From Clostridia bacterium (lineage in GTDB: Bacteria; Bacillota; Clostridia; Oscillospirales; CAG-272): a DNA stretch of 64,000 bases. The stretch lies in contig JAGBSP010000033.1 of the NCBI GenBank assembly GCA_017631855.1, positions 13,461 through 77,460 of the forward strand, read 5' to 3'. The notes below the pieces were generated by a model. That model was not told the DNA's origin. It made no database searches and saw only the letters and a list, made by a program, of their open reading frames with translations. A program made the position numbers and the translations under genes. Positions 35,993-43,419 of the stretch are shown here, in pieces (within the stretch, counting starts at the first letter, position 1; the number at the start of each line of letters is the position of its first letter).

Positions 35993-36685
35993 TCATTGGG
36001 GTAAATCAAAGTATTTCTTTTGAAGCGTCAAGGGTAAGATCGGAAGCTCCGAAAGTTCCCCTGATATGCTTTGTTCGACGGTATGAAGCCAGATCGGAAG
36101 TCCCGTTGCAAGGCTGACTGCCTCGGCATACGCAACCGAATCAAGCACGGTCTCGCGCGTTGTTTCAAAACCGATATTCGAATTGTTCACGATACACGTA
36201 AACTGAATTCCGCACGCCGTCTCGATTTCCTTCATAATTTCCAGCGTATCCTCTACGGTAGAGGTCAGCGGTCTGTGCCGATTGATGACGAACGCCATAC
36301 GGTAATCGCCCTCTGCCTTGATCGCATCCGCAAAACGACCAAGCGCATACGCGCCTCTGTCGTCTCCGCCAATATCGACTACGCCGAAGATCGAACGATC
36401 CTGAACGAGTCGGTAGCTCTCAGCGGGAATGGCGGGAAGATCGACGTTCGTATTTGCATAACGCGAAGAGATCAAATCGATTCCGTGCGCGGAAAGCTCT
36501 TTTTCGCTATCCTTGGTTCTGAAATACGGATTGACGATATCCAGATCGGCAATACAGACCTTCTTACCTTCCTCTGCAAGACGAACTGCGTAGTTCACGG
36601 CAATGTTGGTTTTGCCGCTACCGTAATGTCCTGCAAAGAGTGTTAATCTTTTATGTTCCATAGCGATTGTTTCAGCTTTTTTCAT
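35993..36685 (-). CDS. MinD/ParA-class (SIMIBI) P-loop NTPase of unknown role
   Basis: N-terminal Walker A is GHYGSGKTN and the switch-like segment is VVDIGGDDRG. The ATG at 36683-36685 overlaps the upstream TGA (TGATG). The ATG at 36661 (MEHKRL) is an alternative start. Confidence 0.8.
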   Translation of the reverse strand: MKKAETIAMEHKRLTLFAGHYGSGKTNIAVNYAVRLAEEGKKVCIADLDIVNPYFRTKDSEKELSAHGIDLISSRYANTNVDLPAIPAESYRLVQDRSIFGVVDIGGDDRGAYALGRFADAIKAEGDYRMAFVINRHRPLTSTVEDTLEIMKEIETACGIQFTCIVNNSNIGFETTRETVLDSVAYAEAVSLATGLPIWLHTVEQSISGELSELPILPLTLQKKYFDLPQ

Positions 36686-38958
36686 CAAAGCTTCTTTCTG
36701 ATGATCTTTCCACTCGTCGTCTTAGGCAGACTCTCGTGGAATTCTACGATTCTCGGGTACTTATAGGGTGCCGTACGAGACTTGACGTAGTTCTGAATTT
36801 CCTTCTTCAACTCGTCCGTACCCTCGGTACCCTGAACAAGCACGATGCTTGCCTTAACCACCTGGCCGCGAATCTCATCGGGTGCTGCGGAAACGCCGCA
36901 CTCGAGAACGTAAGGAAGCTCCATAATAACGTTTTCGATCTCAAACGGACCGATTCTGTAGCCCGACGACTTAATGACGTCGTCCGCACGTCCTACGTAC
37001 CAGAGGAAGCCGTCCTCATCGCACCAAGCAAGGTCGCCCGTGTGATAATAACCGTCGCGCCAAGTTTCTGCCGTGACCTCGGGATTACCCTCATACGCAT
37101 ACGCAAGACCGCAAGGAAGTCCCTTCGAGATATCGATACAGATCTCACCGCTCTCACCTGCCTCAACCTTTTCGCCCTCGGGGCTCAGCAAGCAGACCTT
37201 ATACAGCGGTACAGGCTTACCCATCGAACCGATCTTGTGGCTTCCGCCTGCAAGGTTACCGATGATCAGCGTACTCTCGGACTGACCGAAGCCTTCCATA
37301 ATCTGAAGTCCCGTATGCTTTTCAAACTGACGGAATACCTCGGGATTGAGTGCCTCGCCTGCCGTCGATGCGTGCTCGATGCTGGAAAGATCGAAGCGAG
37401 AAAGATCCTGCTTAATGAGCATTCTGTACATCGTAGGCGGTGCGCAGAAGGTAGTGATATTGTACTTTTTAAAGAGCGGAAGAATCTGCTCTGCGTCAAA
37501 GCGATCGAAGTCGTAAACAAAGGTTGCCGCCTCACACAGCCACTGACCGTAGAGCTTACCCCACATTGCCTTTGCCCAACCCGTGTCGGAGATGGTCAGA
37601 TGCAATCCGTCGGGGTTGACCTGATGCCAATACTTCGCGGTAATAAAGTGCCCGAGCGGATACTTGTGATTATGCGCCGCAATCTTCGGATAACCCGAGG
37701 TACCCGAGGTGAAGAACATCAGCATGGGATCATTGCCGCAAGGAGCATCCTCGGTGCGCTCGTAGTGACTGCTGTAGAGGCTGTATTCCTCATCAAAGTT
37801 ACGCCAACCGTCGCGATTTCCGCCAACGAGAATCTTGTGCGTAAGATTCGGGGATTTTTCTGCCGCCGCGTCGACCGCATTTGCCACGTCACCGTCTGCG
37901 GTACAAACGATCGCCTTAATGCCGCCTGCGTTGAATCTGTATTCAAAATCCTTTTCAAGCAACTGATTCGGTGCGGGAATTGCCACGGCACCGAGTTTAT
38001 TCAAAGCTAACATCGAGAACCAGAACTGATAGTGGCGCTTCAGTACCAGCATCACGCGGTCGCCTCTTTGAATACCGATCGATTTAAAGTAGTTAGCAAC
38101 TCTTGCGGATTCCTTTTTCATATCCTGGAAAGTAAATTTCCGTTCTGTTCCGTCACCGCTAATATGAAGCATCGCCAGCTTATTCGGCTTACGTCTGCCG
38201 AGCTCGTCCACTACGTCAAACGCAAAGTTGAAACGATCCTCGTTTTGGAACGCAATTTCCGTCAGAATACCGTCTTTTTCAGTAGGAAGAATAAAGTCCT
38301 GATAAATTCTCTGCTGATTGTCCTCGTCGCGACGCTTGGTGACCGTCGAGGAAGCAGCTACCTGCTCACCCTCTCTTGCCGCCTGGTTGCGAAGCACGAT
38401 CGCATAGAAGGAGCAATCCGCTCCTCCCACGGCGATCATTCCGTGAGGCATACCCGAATCGTAGTAGATACAATCTCCGGGATTGAGGGTTTCGGTATGA
38501 TCACCGATCTGAATTTTCATCTGACCGCTGATAACGATATCACATTCCTGACCCTCGTGCGTAACCATCTCGATCTTCTCGTTTTCCGCTCCATTGTGGT
38601 ACTTCATCTCCATATAAAGCGGAAGTGCGATACGGTTGCGGAATCCGGAAGCGAGGTTATATCCCACCATATGATGGGCTTCCTCAATTCTCTGTCCTTC
38701 CCCTCTTCTGGTCAGGGCGTACGAGCGAAGCTTCGGGCTTTTACCCTCAAGAATATCGCTCATATCCACGCCGAAGTTAAGCGCACAGTGATATAAGAAC
38801 GCAATACTAAGATTTTTGGTACCGTTCTCACACGCTTCGTACTCGCTCTCGTCCATTCCCGTCCGTTCCGCCATTTCGGCAATCGACAGGCCCGTAATCA
38901 GACGCAACTCGCGAACACGGTCGGCGATTTGTTTTAATTTATGCTCCATAATGTCCAT
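36685..38958 (-). CDS. HTH_XRE + cupin N-terminal module fused to AMP-forming (ACSM/Macs-like) acyl-CoA synthetase
   Basis: HTH is GLSIAEMAERTGMDESEYEACENG and the cupin is HEGQECDIVISGQMKIQIGD ... GMPHGM. The adenylate-forming core has FFTSGTSGYPK, GYYHTGDLA, GRADDVIKSSGYRIGPFEIE and the terminal PKTTSGKIIR. Confidence 0.9.
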   Translation of the reverse strand: MDIMEHKLKQIADRVRELRLITGLSIAEMAERTGMDESEYEACENGTKNLSIAFLYHCALNFGVDMSDILEGKSPKLRSYALTRRGEGQRIEEAHHMVGYNLASGFRNRIALPLYMEMKYHNGAENEKIEMVTHEGQECDIVISGQMKIQIGDHTETLNPGDCIYYDSGMPHGMIAVGGADCSFYAIVLRNQAAREGEQVAASSTVTKRRDEDNQQRIYQDFILPTEKDGILTEIAFQNEDRFNFAFDVVDELGRRKPNKLAMLHISGDGTERKFTFQDMKKESARVANYFKSIGIQRGDRVMLVLKRHYQFWFSMLALNKLGAVAIPAPNQLLEKDFEYRFNAGGIKAIVCTADGDVANAVDAAAEKSPNLTHKILVGGNRDGWRNFDEEYSLYSSHYERTEDAPCGNDPMLMFFTSGTSGYPKIAAHNHKYPLGHFITAKYWHQVNPDGLHLTISDTGWAKAMWGKLYGQWLCEAATFVYDFDRFDAEQILPLFKKYNITTFCAPPTMYRMLIKQDLSRFDLSSIEHASTAGEALNPEVFRQFEKHTGLQIMEGFGQSESTLIIGNLAGGSHKIGSMGKPVPLYKVCLLSPEGEKVEAGESGEICIDISKGLPCGLAYAYEGNPEVTAETWRDGYYHTGDLAWCDEDGFLWYVGRADDVIKSSGYRIGPFEIENVIMELPYVLECGVSAAPDEIRGQVVKASIVLVQGTEGTDELKKEIQNYVKSRTAPYKYPRIVEFHESLPKTTSGKIIRKKL

Positions 38959-38988
38959 AGGTTGTTTATACTACCTCTCTTTTACGAA

Positions 38989-41256
38989 TTAAAGCTTATT
39001 ACGAATAATCTTACCGCTGATCGTCTTGGGCAATTCCTTACGGAATTCGACAATTCTCGGGTATTTGTAAGGAGCCGTGTGAAGCTTGACGTAATTCTGA
39101 ATATCCTTTTTGAGCTCATCCGTAGCCTCAGTACCGGGGACAAGAACGATACAAGCCTTAACGACCTGACCTCTGACCTCGTCGGGGGCTGCACATACTC
39201 CGCACTCAAGAACGTACGGAAGTTCCATAATCGTAGATTCGATCTCAAACGGACCGATACGGTAGCCCGAGGACTTGATGACGTCATCCGCACGTCCGAC
39301 GTACCAATAATATCCGTCCTCATCGCGCCACGCAAGGTCGCCCGTGTGATACAAGCCATCGTGCCAAACGCTTGCCGTTGCCTCCTCGTTCAGATAGTAT
39401 CCAAGGAAGAGTCCGCAGCTTGCTTTCGGCTCGGTGTGGATCACGATCTCTCCGTTCACACCGTCCGGCACGGGATTACCGTCGGGATCCGCAAGGTCGA
39501 TACCGTATCCGGGAATGGGCTTACCCATCGCACCGGGCTTGAGCTGAGTTCCGCGAAGATTGCCGATACCAAGCGTCATCTCGGTCTGACCGAAGCCCTC
39601 TGCGATACGAAGTCCGGTGGATTTTTCAAACTGGTAGAATACCTCGGGGTTGAGTGCCTCGCCCGCGGTCGTTGCGTGTCGAATCGAGGAAAGGTCAAAG
39701 CGACTGATATCCTGCTTGATGAGCATTCTGTACATCGTAGGCGGTGCACAGAATGTAGTAATGTTATATTGCTTAAAGAGCGGAAGAATCTTCTCCGCAT
39801 CGAAACGATCGAAATCGTATACGAATACCGCGCACTCACACAGCCACTGTCCGTAGAGCTTGCCCCACAGAGCCTTACCCCAACCGGTTTCCGAGATGGT
39901 AAAATGGAGTCCGTCCTTCTCACACAGATGCCAATATTTTGCCGTAACGAAATGTCCAAGCGCATATTTATACGAATGCATTGCCATCTTCGGATAACCC
40001 GTCGTTCCAGAAGTAAAGAGCATCAGCATCGGATCGTTGCCGCAAGGAGCATCCTCCGTACGGAGATAACGGCGGCTGAAGAGCGAATATTCCGCATCAA
40101 AATTGCGCCATCCGTCTCTCGATCCTCCCACAAGAACCTTCGTCAGTGAGAGATCAGATGCCTTCTCTGCCAACTCGATCTGATGCGCGGTATCTCCATC
40201 CGCAGTACATACGACCGCGCTAACGCCTGCCGCTTTAAAACGATAAGTAAAGTCGTGCTCGAGAAGCTGATTGGTTGCAGGAATCGCGATAGCACCGATC
40301 TTATGCAGACCGAGAATTGCGAACCAGAACTGATAATGACGCTTAAGTACCAAAAGGACTCGGTCGCCTCTCTGAATACCGAGCGACTTGAAGTAGTTTG
40401 CGCTCTGCGAGGAAGCATCCTTGATATCCTTAAAGGTAAATTTGCGTGCGGTCATATCGTTTGATACGTGAACCATTGCAATTTTGTTCGGCTCTTTGCG
40501 CGCGATCTCGTCTACCGTATCAAACGCAAAGTTGTATTGATCTTCGTTGGTGTAACCGACGTCGAGGAGAACTCCGTTTTCATCCTCCTTCGTCTGGATA
40601 AATTTCTCACACAGAAGCGGCGCGTTCTCTGCCGTCTGCAGACCCGAACCAATGTACATCGGCTGGTCGGTAGCATCACTCGCCATAACAACAGAGAGGA
40701 AGACGCAATCCTGATTGTCGATTGCGATCATTCCGTGAGGTGTCGAAGACTTGAAGAAAATGCTATCCCCCTCGTGCAAAATCTCCTCATGCTCTCCGAT
40801 GCGGAAGCGCAACGATCCCTTGATTACCATATCAAATTCCTGACCTGAGTGCGTTACCGTACTGATGGGCATCTTTTGGAGCTCGTCCGAATACTGATAG
40901 GTAACCCAATAGGGTGTCGCAAGCTTTTTACGGAACTGCGATGCAATTGCCTGAATCGTGATACCGTCCTCTGCCGCAGTAGTGAGACCCTCACCCTTTC
41001 GCGTCACGGTATATCCCGAGAGCTTTGCGCTATGCCCCTCAAGAAGATCGGTAATCTCAATTCCATATGCCTTAGCACACTTATGTATAAAGGTAAAGGG
41101 CAGATCAATGCTACCAGTTTCATACGAGCAATAAAGCTCTTCGGAAACCTCAGTCAACTCTGCCATCTGCGCAGATGTATAGCCCATAATCTGACGCATC
41201 TCGCGTATACGCAACGCGACCTTTTCAAGTTGATTGACATCTGATTGATTTGTCAT
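38989..41256 (-). CDS. HTH_XRE + cupin + AMP-forming acyl-CoA synthetase (tandem paralogue)
   Basis: Same architecture and motifs: LFTSGTTGYPK, GLYHTGDLA, GRADDVIKSSGYRIGPFEIE, PKTISGKIIR. The track start at 41292 is TTG inside the T-box terminator. The ATG at 41254-41256 (MTNQSD) behind AGGAG is preferred. Confidence 0.9.
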   Translation of the reverse strand: MTNQSDVNQLEKVALRIREMRQIMGYTSAQMAELTEVSEELYCSYETGSIDLPFTFIHKCAKAYGIEITDLLEGHSAKLSGYTVTRKGEGLTTAAEDGITIQAIASQFRKKLATPYWVTYQYSDELQKMPISTVTHSGQEFDMVIKGSLRFRIGEHEEILHEGDSIFFKSSTPHGMIAIDNQDCVFLSVVMASDATDQPMYIGSGLQTAENAPLLCEKFIQTKEDENGVLLDVGYTNEDQYNFAFDTVDEIARKEPNKIAMVHVSNDMTARKFTFKDIKDASSQSANYFKSLGIQRGDRVLLVLKRHYQFWFAILGLHKIGAIAIPATNQLLEHDFTYRFKAAGVSAVVCTADGDTAHQIELAEKASDLSLTKVLVGGSRDGWRNFDAEYSLFSRRYLRTEDAPCGNDPMLMLFTSGTTGYPKMAMHSYKYALGHFVTAKYWHLCEKDGLHFTISETGWGKALWGKLYGQWLCECAVFVYDFDRFDAEKILPLFKQYNITTFCAPPTMYRMLIKQDISRFDLSSIRHATTAGEALNPEVFYQFEKSTGLRIAEGFGQTEMTLGIGNLRGTQLKPGAMGKPIPGYGIDLADPDGNPVPDGVNGEIVIHTEPKASCGLFLGYYLNEEATASVWHDGLYHTGDLAWRDEDGYYWYVGRADDVIKSSGYRIGPFEIESTIMELPYVLECGVCAAPDEVRGQVVKACIVLVPGTEATDELKKDIQNYVKLHTAPYKYPRIVEFRKELPKTISGKIIRNKL

Positions 41257-41292
41257 AATTACTAAAACTCCTTTCAGGAAATCATAAAACAA

Positions 41293-41548
41293 AAAAACGT
41301 CTCAAGAAGAAAATCTTGAGACGAGCATAAACTACTCGCGGTACCACTCAAATTACGGAAAACCGCCACTTAGAACCCTTATAAGTTCTTACCCTTAACG
41401 CGGGAAACGTGAAACCCTAACCATTGCTCGGATTCCCGACTCGGAAGTGATGGGTAGCTCGACTTTTTGCAATCGGCTCGCACCAAACGCCGACTCTCTG
41501 AATGCTCATTATGCCCTACCGTCTTCGTCACAGTTTTTTCTTTATATC
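41293..41548 (-). promoter_or_regulatory. T-box riboswitch leader (inferred specifier AUC, Ile)
   Basis: Minus-strand elements: AGAGAG (41494-41499), GGTGCGAG, the conserved T-box TGAGTGGTACCGCGAG (core 41337-41350), and terminator CGTCTCAAGA/TCTTGAGACG (41298-41323) plus T7. The specifier AUC-A at 41449-41451 is inferred from alignment with the sister leader. Confidence 0.85.
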
Positions 41549-41555
41549 ATACTAT

Positions 41556-41584
41556 ATTTTATCATTTCTTCGCAAAAAAGTCAA
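41556..41584 (-). promoter_or_regulatory. SigA-type promoter of the minus-strand T-box operon
   Basis: On the minus strand: TTGACT (41579-41584), a 17-nt spacer, then TAAAAT (41556-41561). Confidence 0.55.
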
Positions 41585-41678
41585 ACATTTTCTTTCACAA
41601 AAATGCACAAACTTTCAAAATTATTAAATTGTTTTTTGTATATTATCATCAAATATCACATTTTTTTGTATTTTGCAC

Positions 41679-41707
41679 TTGACAAAACGAAAATTTAATG
41701 GTTAAAT
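41679..41707 (+). promoter_or_regulatory. SigA-type promoter of the plus-strand T-box operon
   Basis: TTGACA (41679-41684), a 17-nt spacer, then TTAAAT (41702-41707). Confidence 0.5.
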
Positions 41708-41714
41708 ATATATA

Positions 41715-41990
41715 AAAATAAGAAAGACACTGACGTAAATTTTACCCCGTATTCGAATGCAACACAGAGGCGGCGTTTGGTGCGAGCCGATGCAAACGTT
41801 TTGGGTGTACTCATTCCCGAGTCGGTCTTGTCAACGCGAAAGCAAGTAATGAGACACGGTAGCCCCCGTTACAGGGCAAGGCCTTTCTTTGGGCTTTTGA
41901 GTGATTTCCCTTCTTGGGGGGTAATCAGGGTGGTACCACGAATATGATTCGTCCCTGAAGCCGTACGAGCGGCTCGGGGATTTTTTTATT
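41715..41990 (+). promoter_or_regulatory. T-box riboswitch leader (inferred specifier CUC, Leu)
   Basis: CAGAGG ... TTTGGTGCGAGCC in Stem I, a T-box core GGGTGGTACCACG (41928-41940), and a terminator at 41952-41980 plus T7 (41981-41987). The CUC-A at 41810-41812 aligns with the AUC-A of the divergent leader. AAAGGAG and the ATG at 42010 follow. Confidence 0.85.
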
Positions 41991-42009
41991 TGAAAGGAGT
42001 TATCTACAA

Positions 42010-43419
42010 ATGATGAGACAAATTGTAATCAGCGACGCAACGATGAAACAGACCTCTGAAGATCTGCGCCTTACGTTTAAGGAAAAAATTGAGCTTTGCA
42101 AGCTTTTGGACAAAATCGGTGTCGATTTGATCGAGCTTGACGGGATCAAATCGCCTCGAATTGATTCGCTTTTAATCAAATCAATCGTAGCCGCTGTTCA
42201 TCACAGCCGCGTCGCCGTTCCCGTAGAGCTCTTGAATGACGAAAATATCGAACGAACCTGGGCAGCTCTGAAAAACGCAAAAAAACCTCGTCTTCAGGTT
42301 TGTGCTCCCACAAGCGCCGTGTAAATAGAATATCTGTTCCACCAAAAGCCGGAGGCAATGATCGAATCGATCCGTCAAACAGTCGCGGCCTGCCGTGAGC
42401 TGTGCGATGACGTAGAGTTCGTTGCGGGCGACGCCACACGTAGCGAGAGCGACTTTCTCGGAAAGGCTGTAGAGGCTGCCGTTTCCGCAGGCGCAACCAC
42501 CGTAACGCTTTGCGATACGGCAGGAACGATGCTCCCCTCCGAGTTTGCTGAATTTATCCGCCGTCAGTATAGCGCGATCCCCTGTCTTTCCGAGGTCACT
42601 CTCGGTGTCTGCTGCGCCAACACCATCGCAATGGCGGACGCTTGCGCTATGATGGCAATTGCGGAGGGTGCAGGACAAATTCGTGCGGCAGCTTACACAA
42701 TCTCTGAGGCATCTCTTTCCACCGTTACTCGAATTCTTACGGCAAAGGCAGACTCGCTGAATGCGTGCATTGGCGTGAAAGCAACGCAGCTGAGCAGAAT
42801 CATCTCGCAAATCGACTGGCTCTGCCACACCGGAAAGAGTCAACCCGCTACCACCGAATCCGAGCAAGACGATGACGTGTTCCTCACGGCACACGACACG
42901 GAGGAAGCGGTTTCAGCAGCCACGGTAAGACTCGGATACGATCTCTCCGACGAGGATGCACAGAAGGTATATGCGGCATTCCGTCAGATCGCAGACAAGA
43001 AAGAAAAGGTCACCTTCAAGGAGCTTGATGCCATCGTGGCATCCTCTGCGATGCAGGTACCCTCTACTTACAAGCTCGATACCTACGTGATCACCTCCGG
43101 AAACACGATCTCGGCTACCGCTCATATTAAACTCGTCAAAAACGGAACTCCCGTGGAGGGTGTTTACATTGGTGACGGCTCAATCGACGCGGCTTTCCAG
43201 GCGATCGAGAAAATCACCGGTTGTCACTACGAGCTCGACGACTTCCAGCTTCAGGCAGTCACCGAGGGACGTGAGGCAATGGGACAAACCGTCGTCAAGC
43301 TTCGCGCGGGCAACAAGGTTTATTCGGGCAGAGGTATCTCTACCGACATCGTTGGCGCAGGAATTCAAGCCTATCTGAGCGCCTTAAATAAAATTGTTTA
43401 CGAGGAGGAAATCGAATGA
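42010..43419 (+). pseudogene. LeuA/HMGL-like protein with degenerate catalytic motifs, interrupted by one in-frame TAA (42322-42324)
   Basis: ORFs 42010-42324 and 42358-43419 are in the same frame. Homology continues across the stop: ...CAPTSAV*IEYLFHQKPEAM, compare LeuA ...TSPIHxEYKL. DTTLRDGEQ is replaced by SDATMKQTSE and H-x-H by CCANT. The C-terminal LeuA-dimer/regulatory domain looks intact (GSIDAAFQAIEKI ... TDIVGAGIQAYLSALNKI). Confidence 0.7.

Noticed and set aside
36667-40149. 447-aa and 402-aa plus-strand ORFs (36667-38010, 38941-40149), plus 38032-38796, 40468-41244 and others
   Set aside because: They are shadow ORFs antisense to the two acyl-CoA ligase paralogues. They resemble each other only because the sense genes are paralogous.
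41447-41698. 83-aa and 71-aa plus-strand ORFs in the 41.4-41.7 kb intergenic region
   Set aside because: They lie across the minus-strand T-box Stem I and the two divergent promoters. They are AT-rich and low-complexity and have no RBS.
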